DNA of 64,000 nt from Pseudovirgaria hyperparasitica (lineage: Eukaryota), in NCBI GenBank assembly GCA_010093815.1, contig ML996565.1. One strand, given 5' to 3'. Under the pieces are notes generated by a model. It was not told the DNA's origin, made no database searches, and saw nothing but the letters and a program-made list of their open reading frames with translations. The first letter of the stretch is position 1. The number at the start of each line of letters is the position of its first letter. This document shows, in pieces, positions 37,490-49,152 of this stretch. The position numbers and the translations under genes are program-made.

Positions 37490-38012
37490 CTACGTCCTGA
37501 CCCCTGTATCAACTTCCTCATTGCCCATTGCATATTGCTCTGTCCAACTCTTTGCCGTCTTTTCAAACTCTTCCCGGTCCGTCTGCAGCTCCACAGCAAT
37601 ATCCTTTCTTTCTTTCCACCACCGCGTTGTCCGTTTCTGGGTCGTTCAGAACCACCTCGACGTCCAGCAACAACTTCCCAATCGTCATCACAGGAGACCA
37701 TTCATGCAACAAAAGTGCCCGCAGAGCAATGCTTCCCTCTTCGTCAACGCACGGATGGTAGATTTTGGTTTCGAATTTGATCTTGGGCGGTAGGCGTGGG
37801 TATTCTTGCGGAAACTCGATTCTTGTCTTGTATTTTCCGTGGGCGTACGGTGAGTGCGACGGTCCCTTGACTGTGCCAACCCATGCGTATGGGTTTGCTT
37901 GCTTCGTTTCCATGCTGAAGAAGTCTGTTGGTACTTCTGCTAGGCGGTCGAGCTCTGTTTGGAACCGTCGTTTCTGACGTGAAGCATGACGCTCTTCTGA
38001 GGGCATCGTCAT
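37490..38012 (-). pseudogene. UBC4/5-like E2 ubiquitin-conjugating enzyme variant, frameshifted at 37604-37617, canonical Cys replaced by Ala
   Basis: WVGTVKGPSHSPYAHG, FPQEYPRLPPKIKFETKIYHP, WSPVMTI; E2 C-terminal helix DIAVELQTDREEFEKTAKSWTEQYA lies in another frame. Confidence 0.8.
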
Positions 38013-38382
38013 CTTGGCGGCTTATTCTGTCGAGATTGAAGTAGTGGCACTTTGTGCTTTATACGCTCAGTGTCATTGTAACAACATCACACCTCACAAG
38101 CAGACTCGCGCGAGCTTCATTACTGTATCATCACAATTATCACTCCAGTCATGGTCGTAGATGGCTGCCTAATTAACTACTCTATGACTCGCTTCAGGTG
38201 GGGGCTGATCAAGATCAGAACTAACGAACTTCTGTTGCTCCAACAGCATGACTACTTTCCCATTGGTCTTTCTCACCATATAGTTCCATCATGATTTATT
38301 CTGTATTTGGATGATACTGCGTGAACAGAAGATATATACCACCTCAGACGACAACGCAGAAGAGCCCTTACAAGCCACAGCT

Positions 38383-39725
38383 CTAATCCTTCAGCCTCAT
38401 CTCAATCACAACCTGAGCTCCTGCTTGATCTGGCCAGAACTTGACAACTTCCAGACCGGCTGCACTCGCAATCTCTCGGAATTCCCTAGCCGTCTTCTCC
38501 CTACCAGTCATCACCATCATCGACATGTCCATAAAACATGTCATCGCGTTTTCTCCCACCTGAGTCCGATCAGCTAACACAGCATCGCATACCAGTAATC
38601 TCGATGTCGGTCCCATGGCACTCGCGATGTTCTCCAGAATCTTGACACAGGTCTCTGGATAAAAGTTGTGCAGTACGCGTCTGATCAGGTACAGGTGCGC
38701 GTTTTTCACTTTCTGTGGTGCGAAGATATCCTGCTCCATCTTTGTCACCCCTGGGACATCATTCTCATCAATCGCCGCGAGCACATCAGGTCTGTCTTGC
38801 AGCACCATGGCAGCGCCAAACCCGTCAGGTGCTTCTTGCTGGATCGTCTTCAGCGTCGTGCCATTACCACCGCCAACATCGACGATGAAAGCACGATCAG
38901 GCTCGGCTTCTATACCGGCCTTTGCCCCTGCGAAAGGGTATGTACCGCGGATATCGAATAGTTTATCTGCTTGTCCCATAACAACGTCGAATCTCTTTGC
39001 CCGGACTGGATCTGCGGCAAGAACTTCATAGAATGGCCTGCCTTCATGTCCAAGTGCATATACCCATGGTGATTTCTTGAGATCGAAGAAATCGGCGATG
39101 GTATGCGTGGCAAAATACTCTGGGAGTTTACGCAGGACCATGTCTTGGTCGAGTCTATCATGTTCATCTGAGTAAATGCGAGCGACAGAAAGGGACATGA
39201 CGTTTGTACGTACACCATTTCAAAAAAGGCTGCGATCGGACTGTCAGACATGAAAGCCAGCGACTTTTCGTTGTGGAGGAAAACGCCTGGTTCCGTCTCA
39301 TGAGCGATGCCTTCTACGCAGAGCATCCTCATGCATCGAGCTATTGAGTTTTAGCTGTCAAGCAGAACATGTTTCATGATATACACTGACTAATGACAGA
39401 TGCATCGACATTAGACTTTTGCGCAAGCTCGCTAGCAGTGATGGAATCGCTCTCGGGCATGTTTTCAAAGACCTTGAGAGACTTGAGTACGTCGATAGCG
39501 GCGGTCAGATGAGACTGAGCAAGTTAGCAAGTGTGCCCCGATCAACCCGTTCTGATTCTGTCTCACCGATTTCCATTGCCGCAAGACTATGTCGAGTGGA
39601 GTCTCACACAGACAGCGGAACTTATCAGCCACTTCCAGTGTAGCAGTGTGGATATACTGTTTGTTCTGATCTTGCTTGGCCAGAGCTAATAGCTCCTCAG
39701 CTGCGGTGATGAGTTGGGAAGACAT
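38383..39725 (-). CDS. SAM-dependent O-methyltransferase (fungal secondary-metabolism type); 3 introns
   Basis: IVDVGGGNG, VLQDRP, EQDIFAPQ, YLIRRVLHNF, MDMSMM..GREKT; N-terminal winged-helix region RCMRML. Confidence 0.9.
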
Positions 39726-40060
39726 GTCGAAAATAGTGACTGTTCTTTAAGCTTGATTGCTGCTGGAAGTACGGTAGCACTCGAGCCTTTATACATCCCT
39801 TTGTAACCTCTTTCTCCAATCCTGCCAAAGCAACGTTTAGTTGTTGCGTTGATCCGTGAAGCCAGAGGACTCCTTTGATTGGTCACTTGTAAGTCGACCT
39901 GACTATATCAGGATTAGTACAGCCTCAAATGGATACGACGGGGGCGGACTCCGTCCCCTCACCGTCATGTTTATCCCTCCTCTCTTTCCCACATTTCTCT
40001 TAATCTTCTTTATCCTCTGTCCAGCAGCGAAGGACATTCCACGGGATTTCCATTCCCACC

Positions 40061-42295
40061 ATGACCCAAAGAAAAGCCCTAGCCAGCCATCAACCCCGAA
40101 AACCCATTTCATGCGACTTCTGTATCCGCCGCAAACTCCGCTGCAGTCGCGATGCTCCCTGTGTGAACTGCAGCAGTCGAGGCCATAAATGCTCCTACAT
40201 CTCATCCAGCGCTGCCTCCCCGGCTAGGGGAACGGTGCGGAGCGCTTCGACGTCAAGGACAACGACGACAGGGCCTATGCCGGACCAGCATGAGATTCTG
40301 GCACGGTTACAGGACCTTGAGGATCTGGTTCGGGGGCAGCAGCAGGCTGGTCGAGATGAGGGTAATATGGGAGTGGTGAGTGGAATGGCGATGGCTGATG
40401 GGGGAACTGTGGGGGCTGTGGTTTGTGCGGATGTTGTGGATGAGTTGGCGTCGCTTGAGCGAGTTGGTCTGCGAGGACGTGATGTTGTAAGTGATGCTGC
40501 TAGAGCCTCAGACATGCCCTTTACGACACTCCATCTTCCCCTATCAGTCTGTCTGACAAGAACCAGAGCTCCCAAGCTGACCAACTATGTTTCACAACGT
40601 GTCCGGCCAGGGCAATCTTGAGCGCGACCAAGCAGTCATGGCGTCGAATTGACTTTCCTCCGGGCCATGAAATGCTCACTCTTCTCGACAAGTATATCAG
40701 AGACATCACCTCCATTCACCCGATCGTTCATGAACAGTCATTGCGAAAGGTCTTCAACGATCTCATATCGACGCTCGACAGTTTGCCGACTGGCAGTGTG
40801 ACTGACCAGCATGGAGTTGATATTGGGCATGCCGCACTTGCCCTTGCCATCATGGCTAGTGCAACCTACTTCTGGTCAGACAGGGACGCAGAGTCCCAGT
40901 GCTGGCTACCGCTCTCTGTGGCTCGCAGACTAAGCCCCATATTCCTCCAGGCTGCTGAAGACATATTACACAAGGCCGAAATTTCTGGTCATAAGTCTCT
41001 CGAGACGGTCCAGGCTTACATCATTGTGTTTTTCCTCAAAGGTAACGTGGAGGGCATCTCTTTGCGGTGTCGGATTCTCTTCTCGATAGCTGTGACAATG
41101 GCCAGAGACATGGGCTTGCATCAAGTCGACACTGCGGCAAAATCAGGTGTGGGACAGACGATTCAAGATGAGACAAGCAGGAGAGTGTGGTGGTATCTTG
41201 CGGCCTCGGACTGGTACAAAGTCCACAGCACTTCATCGGGTACCCAGTTAACATTACCTCAGGATGCTTGCACGGTTCCCCGGACCAACAGAAGGCTCAT
41301 ACTCTATCCACACTAAACAAATGGCAGTTCGCAAGCCCCTCAACATCAACGACGACGACTTACACCATGACACGCTACCTCTAGAACGACCCATGTCTGA
41401 GCTTATCACAATGTCATATTTCCTGCACCGTCTCCGACTCACCGAGATTCTGCGCGATTGCTCCGACCGAATCAGCACAACACAAGCAACCGCGAGCGAC
41501 ATGGGATACAGCGACGTCATGTACTTTGACGCCGAAATGAACAAGTTTCGCGACGAAATGCCCCCCTTCTTCGACCTGACCCTCAAACAAGGCACAACAA
41601 CCTTCACACACCCCGACACGACCAACATCCCGTGCGCCGAAAACCAAAGATACACTCTAAACTGCCTCTTCCACGCCCAGCTCTGCAGACTCCACGTCCG
41701 ATACTTTGCACGCGCGTACACGGAAGCCCGCTACGCCTATTCACGCGAAGTCTGTCTGCGCGAGTCGCGTCTGGTCGTGCAGGCAGAGCTCCGGTTCGGC
41801 ACCGACGACGACTCGCCCTTCGCCCTGTCCAGACTGCGCTTTCTGGGCATGCTGTATGGCGTTCATATGGCTAACGTCATCTTCATGCTGGACGCCTATA
41901 TCTGCAAGTCGAGCGGACGGCCGTATGTCTGGCCGGTGGAGGCTGCTGCGGCGCTTGCGATACTTGAGAAGGCGAGGGGGCATTCGTCTATTGCGGAGGA
42001 TTTGTACGATGGTATGACGCGGACGATGCGGAAGTATGAGTTGTGGCCGCCGGGTGCGGCGACGGGTATTTCTTCACCACCTCCAGCACCAGCACCACCA
42101 CCACCAACAACAACGTCTCTTGTCCAAAGTAGGCCTGCCGAGATGATAGGAGAGGAGTGTGACGGGTCACACATGCAAAGTCAGACAGACATGTGCTCTC
42201 CTACACCGCAGTTCTTTGACTTCACAGACGACTTTGAAATCGGGGAATGGTCTGATCTCTTCAATGGTATCGGCCTGGAATTCCCATTCATCTGA
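40061..42295 (+). CDS. Zn(II)2Cys6 transcription factor with fungal-specific TF domain; 2 introns
   Basis: CDFCIRRKLRCSRDAPCVNCSSRGHKC; ARDMGLH, RRVWWYLAASDW, RKPLNINDDD. Confidence 0.92.
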
Positions 42296-42742
42296 CGCCG
42301 AGTTGCTAGTAAGGTCGCTCATATCAGTCTAGTCTTCAGGAACGAAGGACTGGAGTCTTTTATCATTGTGCATAGGTGATTGTCATGCACTTCAGACCAC
42401 ACTCTGCGTTTCGCAAGTTCTTGCACGCTCAGATGACGTGTGACCGCTCGGGGCATACAATACTCGCACCGTAATGTGAATCTAGCTCTGGCAATGCCTT
42501 GGGCACAGATACCCCAGAGAAAGCGCCGCTAGAACGACAACGCGTTGTCGCGGAGCCAGGGAGTAACCTGGTTCTCACCATCGTAGCAAGCCGATCTCTT
42601 CCAGCGCTCGACACAAACCCTTTCAACAAAACAGCCTCCAAGAAGTGGTGGAAAGCTCATAATGCTCATCGGAACTAGAAGCCTGGCAAAACGTCTCTTA
42701 TGCGTGCCGAATCCGTAGATCTTTTACACGCATCCATATAGT

Positions 42743-42783
42743 ACATATACACACACCCACACACACACACACACATATACACA
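42743..42783 (+). repeat. Imperfect (CA)n microsatellite
   Basis: Visible CACACA run. Confidence 0.85.
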
Positions 42784-43160
42784 AAAGAAAACCCCCCCTC
42801 CCCCCCAAAGGCTGACAAGCCAGTATAATCCAGCAACCCCACACATCCCGTTTTTGTCCAAATCTACGAACCCTGCGCCTCATATTCTGCGCCCTTCTTT
42901 CTTGCTTACACCCCTCTTTTTGCTCTCTTCTTATTTCCTATCCATTTCACCGTCGACGTCGACACTTCCGATCTGAGCCCCCTCCTTCTCCCCCCTTTTC
43001 CACTTTTCCTTAAAAATGTCTAAATCTCCCCTTTCGACTTTCTCGTGGGGTATGTATGCAGTTTCGTACCCAGTCCGTCCAAGCAGACAACCCCCCAAGA
43101 CGGTCCAGATCTCGGCACCCCCCCCCTCTCTCTTTCTCTCTCTCTCTCTCTCTGAATAAG

Positions 43161-43260
43161 CAAGACTAGACAAGACTAGACAAGACAAGACACCACAAGA
43201 CACCACAAGACACCACAAGACACCACAAGACACCACAAGACACCACAAGACACCACAAGA
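43161..43260 (+). repeat. 10-bp tandem array: CAAGACTAGA x2, CAAGACAAGA, CACCACAAGA x7; preceded by (CT)n
   Basis: Exact copies at 43191-43260. Confidence 0.95.
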
Positions 43261-43882
43261 CCCCTCCTCGCAACACAACACAGCACAGCGAGATATTCTC
43301 TCTCAAAAAAACCCCCCCTGCATTCGCTTGCTTTCTACGCTTGGCGATATCCGGGGGAAATGGATGGCCTGGCCTTGTGGGAGAGTAATGTTAATCGAGA
43401 CTGAGAGGTATGGTTTGGGTGTTTGGGGCGGATGAGGCGTGCCTGGCGGGCGTTGTTGGGCGGGGAGGGAGGGGGAATGTCTGATGGAGAAAAAATGTGG
43501 ATTTCTGGTTTGTTGTGTGATTGTTTTTTGTTCGCGGTTTGGAGCCTGAGGAAGTGTGGGTTTTGGTGGATAGACCTCCTGATGCCTGATGGAAAGGGTT
43601 TTGAGAGCAATACCGGCGCGTTGATGTGCGTGTGCTCTGGGGCAGGCATGTCCAGCGTGTGCGAAGATCAACGGGAGGGAGTGGGTGGTCTCACGCTGTG
43701 CTGTCTGGCAACACGGAACGTGCCGAGGCGTCAGGTTACGAACGAGGACAAACGCAATATACAGTGAAGAGAGAACCAACATGAAAGTTTGTTGTCTTTG
43801 TGTTTTTTTTTGTTCTTTCTTTTTTGGCACCCAAAAATAATTCCAAATTCTAGCAAAGCAAGCAGCGGTGCACCGAGAGAAA

Positions 43883-45548
43883 CTACCGGACATGAGCGTA
43901 CCCATAGCCCCGTTCCTCGTCCGGCGGCAACACAGGCGTCATCCGACCAATCTCATCGTCCCCGCCGTCGCCAACAACATGCGTCTGCCCGGCCTCGTTG
44001 CTCGCCCAGCACGCCTGCACGCCCACCTCGTTGCCGGAAAACGTGCCCGTGTTGGAGCGGCACTTGGACAGTTCCGTCAGCTTGACCTCGTCGGTGTCCG
44101 GCGAGTCGCCCCGGCCGGAAAGCCGGCTGTTCTTGACCGTGCTGCCGAATTCCTTCCAGCCGGCGCCCTGATGACGGCGCGAGCTGCTGTTACTGTACCC
44201 GTTGCCGGACTTGCTGGGGAAGGTGTTGTTCCAGTGCGAGAACAGGTTCGGGAAGAGGTTCTGGCACAGGATGCGGACGGCCGGCAGACAGGCGCAGATG
44301 AAGCAGACGCCGAGCTCGGCCGCGGTCCAGTTTATGATGGGGATGTATTCCCAGGTGGGGTCCAGGGAGACGCCCAGGACGACGATTGTCTGCAGCCGGA
44401 GAATGCTGGTCACGCAGCCGAAGCTGCCGACGGCGAACATGAGGCCGACTGCAATCTTCTTTCTCAGCTTCATGTTCAGGCCGGGGAGCATGCTCAGTGG
44501 AATCGAAATGATCATGAAATCCGTCACCACTGCAATGGCCGCGTGTGCGTAGGCAAGGCCGGCGATGTTAAGGCACGTGCCGTGCAGGTCGCGGTCCCAG
44601 AAGTAGGATACTGGCTTGCAAGAGAAGACAGTATGGAAGAACAGAACGATGCTCGTGATGATAATGAAGCCAAGCGTAAACCACGCCGCCAAGCGAATCT
44701 TCTGAGTCGGGAAGATGCGAAGATAGAGCAGGACCAGGGAGCACTTGACAAGAGAAAGGACGACGACGTAGTTCACTTCGGTAACCCAGAAGTACATCAG
44801 GAATTGCTTCAGGTCTCCTGGTCCGAGGCCCCAGACATGTTTACCAAGCCCCACCTTGGACACTGTAGAAGTCAGTATAAGGATATCCAAATACCCAGGA
44901 CATTGGAGGGGGTATTTACTCAACATGGTGGCAGTTCCCGAGCCAGATGCAAGAATCTAGGACTGTCAGCCTTCTGCATACATACGCAAGATTTGCTACA
45001 TGACTTACTAATGCGCCGACAAGGCAATAATCATCAGCCTCGACCTTCCTGCTAGTCTTGATTTTGGAGACGATCCGACCAGCGATGAAGGTCACAGAGA
45101 TAGCAATCATGACTAGCACTACAGTAGTGACTTCGTGGGCTCGCGACGGATTCGGTAAATGGCAAAGGCTAGCCGAGACTTTTGAAACTTCTGGATGAGG
45201 TGTGAGCAGGGATGGTCTCAGAAGAAGGCCTCGCGGACATACGCAGTGTATCAGCCATGGTACAATTCTGCAGCATGCACTCTATGGTCAACTCGGTTAA
45301 TTGCCTGCTTTCGCACTGGCAAACTAGGTCTGTGAGGCCACAGCCGGCTGCGGGTATTGTATGAACGAAACATGATAGCTGCATAGATGGTCGTCAGCAC
45401 CGTATACATAAGGAAAAATCAACACACTTACGCCACACGGTGGCAGGTCCGCTACGGTCAAATTGAACTCTTCAGTTCCCTGTGCCAGGCCGGCGGTAAT
45501 GACAGACAAGGCGGTAAAACATCTAAACAGCCATGGCCAGGCGTACAT
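43883..45548 (-). CDS. CFEM-domain PTH11-like integral membrane receptor (GPCR-like); several 5' introns
   Basis: Signal peptide, CFEM LPPC..CFVHTIPAAGCGLTDLVCQC..C..NCT; GLGKHVW, KCSLVLLYLRIF, CKPVSYFWD, ELGVCFICACLP. Confidence 0.9.
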
Positions 45549-48488
45549 TTTGAAGGCACCGATATCCGTGTACGGAGAAGAAGCGTATTAAATCACACTA
45601 CTGGAGCATGAAGATACCGGTAAGACCTTTGGCAGACTGGAATGGTCGATATCGAATCGGAAACTCGTGTCCTGGCGGAAGGTGTCTGTTGGATAGTGGC
45701 AAAGAAAAGAATATCTATAAAAAGGGTCGACTGTCGACGTAGAATTAATATTCTGGATGATATATCAAACATAGCTCCCTGAAAGGAGCACCTATATCGC
45801 ACGTGAAGGCAGTGAAACACAGGCTGAGGTTGTCAGATACTCGGTACTAACTATGAGGCTTTTGGTTAGTGTGTCGAAGCGAAAGTTTGACGGCCATTTT
45901 TCAGAACATGATTCGCGAAGAGAGGGGGATTCTATAGCTGCAACGTGCGTTGCATGCTTCTAGCCTTCTACTACGTTCGGTGGCATCAGAGCAGCCGGAC
46001 GTGCATTGTGAGATAGGTCGTGGGATGTGTTTAGGGGTGACATTTCCGTCTGGCTTGGTTCGTTAGGTGATCCCTTGAGCATCCCAGAGATGTATTGTGG
46101 AGATTCAAGCATAGGTTGGGTCGATTTGATTGGCTCAGCTTTAGGGGATATTGCTAGAATCGGACATGTGCGGTGATCCTCGAAGTTCGTGGGTGCTAAA
46201 GAATCCTTCCGCGTCAATCATGGTCGGGGTCGAGCGGTGATCATAGATGGTTGATGATGGTTTTCTCTAGCTTTGCCATTTTTGACGTTGACATTGCCGT
46301 TGCCGTTGCCGGCGCCATCGCTCTCCCCGTTGACTTTAGCTTTGAGCCAGCTCTTGGCAGCCGTCCTCGTCCTCGTCTTCGTCTTCGTATTAATCGTTCT
46401 GAACTGTAGTCGCAAAGTTATGGATCAGTGCATTGATTATACTGAGATGCATTATCGATACATGCGGCCGGGACTGTAGATGTTTTTGCTCTGCACAGAA
46501 TCCGAGTTGATGCTCAGCAGCTGCTTGCTCCGTCTCAACACCAACCTAGGTTTCCCATGTCTAAGTCTCACACAGGCCCACAGTAGCTTCGCGACTTTGG
46601 AGGTTCATCCCTGTTGTGAACGTTGTTTACGCGTCATGACCATGGATGGCTGCTGGTATCATAACAGTCTAAAGCCCTTGCAATCTGCAAAACACGAACA
46701 TAGTTCAGATCACGGGGATGTGGTCCGGTAGTCAGGTATACCTGGGCCCAGGCAATCATTCGGGATGTTCCTTGTGGCAGACTCCGATCCTGGTATTGTG
46801 GAGTCTGGTCTTCGACTCCTCATTCTTGTCTTCTACTCTAGGAGCCCGTGGCCATGGCTCAGGGACAGATTCGCTAGTAGTCGCGATTTGAACCGTTCTA
46901 GTAAGACGCTACTTGCAGATCTTGATGATGCATCCCTCCATAAGAAAGAATTAGAAGAGCAAAGGTACATGATCTACGAGCGAATCTTCAGAGCGGTATG
47001 GCGCAGAACGTGATCAATGTCTCTCTGGTTTTATCCTGAAAGAGCACGGCTGCACGCCTAGTCTCCTAATCACCAGATCCTGCTCAGCATCTCAAGGATG
47101 GAAAACTATCTTGAAGCCGAGGTGGTTGATCTGGTTGATCTGGCCGTACATGGGCTGACCTTGTAAGGTGACAAGGACATGGCAGCATAGTTTTTGCGTT
47201 GCTTTGTTCGCTCCGGGAGACTGGCTATCGCAGAATTGCGTCAAGGCTGAACTCCGCAGTTGTCCATGCTGGTCCTGTTACTGTTTGGCTGATATGGTTT
47301 CCTTCAGATCAAATAGCTGGGTGCACGGTATGCGAACTGCAAGAAAACACCATAGGGTTGGCTATGGTTTCATATGTTTGGCGGCCCAAGCGTAGTTGGT
47401 GAGTGGTCCATCAGTCATCAATGTCTATGGTTGATATTCACATTTCACACTCCTTGGATATCCGGGCCTCGAGAGTTTTAGGGCTGGATGCGCTAAGCCA
47501 TACTCGGACTAGGCCATGTTTTCATCTCTCCGAGGTTCGCGAACCAACATTTCCTCTCAAATCGATATATGAACATCGTCAACCTTAACCTTAACGTCAA
47601 TCTCAATCACCAGATCGCACCTCTCTTGACGCTATGACCCTGTCTATCATCTAGAGCGATGAGTCCTGACCGGGGAGTCTTGTGTATCTTCGTGTTGGTG
47701 CTGCTAGCATATACCTTTGATCACGAACAGACTCCCTCATGCTCTGACCGCCTGTCCGTAGACTCAGAACGTGCTGCGCTCTCTGGATTCTCCAGATGAA
47801 CAGTATACCTTAGCACTGTAGCGACACCCACCAGCGTGCCACCACCAGGACCAAAGAGCAGTACCCGCTGACACAGAAACCTCGTGCGTTGCATCCCCTC
47901 GGTTCCCAGTCTTGGAACACTCCGCGTTTCCCCCTTGGCGTAGCGAGCCTGTTGTCTCCACCAAGATCTCACATCCCCATAGGAGGAGAATTATATCTCA
48001 TGCCGACGTCTCAAGTCGCACTGTCTTATACATTCCTTGATATATAGACGTGTGAGACACATCGATGCTGCCAAGCCGTTTTGATCGGATCTGGCAGATT
48101 GGACAGTTCTATGCTTATTGCGCACTCGGCACCCAACACACATCGCAATTGTCCAAAGACTGGGAATTTGGACAGCGAAGCGAGCGTTTCGAAGGCTTGC
48201 TCTTGAGATAAGACGAGCTTGACTCGCTTGGAATACTTCGGCGGCTATAGCATCGCAAGACGAATATAAGAGTGCTGTAATGCGCCTCAATGGTAGGTCA
48301 CATCAGCTCTCACATCGCCTCTTTCCACACTTTCTTCTATACAGTCTGCCTGGCGCTGCTGTTGCTTCTCTTCTTCGATCACTGGTGATCTCCTGCTTCC
48401 TACTTTCCAATTTTCTCAAGTCAAAGCATACGATTCATTCTTCGGACCTACATCACCGCAAAAGATATACACCACAATATCAGCAAAC

Positions 48489-48980
48489 ATGCAGCTCAAC
48501 TCAATCACCCTCCTCGTCACTCTCCTCGCCACCTCCGCCGTGGCCTTCCCAACCTACAACAAACGCGCCACCGCACGCTCCTTTGCCGAGCTCTCCATCA
48601 GCGACGGCACCGCCGGCTCCGCCAAAGCCGACGCACTCGCCAAATTGCCCATCGACATGTCCGACCTGGCCGCTGTGAGCGCCGATGATCTTGACACGCT
48701 CAAGACTGAGCGCGAGACCGCCGAGGCAGCCGAGACGGATGCATTCAACCCGGCCATCGAGGCAGCCAGCGGCGACGAGGCGACTGCGCTCCAGAACGGC
48801 AAGATTGCGAACAAGGTGCTGAAGCTGACGTTTGAGGTTACGGCGCTGCAGGTGCAGCAGGCGCAGGGGGATGATGTCGCGGACAAGATCGCGGTCGAGC
48901 AGAAGAAGTTGGACACCAACATTGCGCTGGATGAGAAGGCGGCTGGGGAGGCGATGGTTAGTGTGGACTTTTCAGGCTGA
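48489..48980 (+). CDS. Small secreted protein (Ala/Asp/Glu-rich, Cys-free)
   Basis: Signal peptide, KR processing site, FNPAIEAASG..ALQNGKIANKVLKL; strong codon bias. Confidence 0.85.
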   Translation: MQLNSITLLVTLLATSAVAFPTYNKRATARSFAELSISDGTAGSAKADALAKLPIDMSDLAAVSADDLDTLKTERETAEAAETDAFNPAIEAASGDEATALQNGKIANKVLKLTFEVTALQVQQAQGDDVADKIAVEQKKLDTNIALDEKAAGEAMVSVDFSG

Positions 48981-49152
48981 GAGGCGGGCAACAGAAGATA
49001 CAATGAGGCTTGTCTAGATTAGTACGGGCACAGCAGTACTCCACTAAATACAGCATCTAGAAAAAAGGCCTTGACAGCTTGACTGTATGAATGATCTTCA
49101 TATTCTTTACATTTCTCGTCTAACCGTAGCTGAACTCTCCAAAATATCTCTG

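Noticed and set aside
43161..43260. CRISPR-like array
   Set aside because: Spacerless 10-bp tandem repeat in a eukaryotic context; no cas genes
43868..45055. 395-aa plus-strand ORF
   Set aside because: Antisense shadow of the GC3-rich PTH11-like gene; no motif of its own
45960..46560. Possible RIP-killed pseudogene (YEDEDEDEDG...RQRQRQ frame on minus strand)
   Set aside because: About 4 stops per 100 codons, near random expectation; only low-complexity runs, no recognisable family
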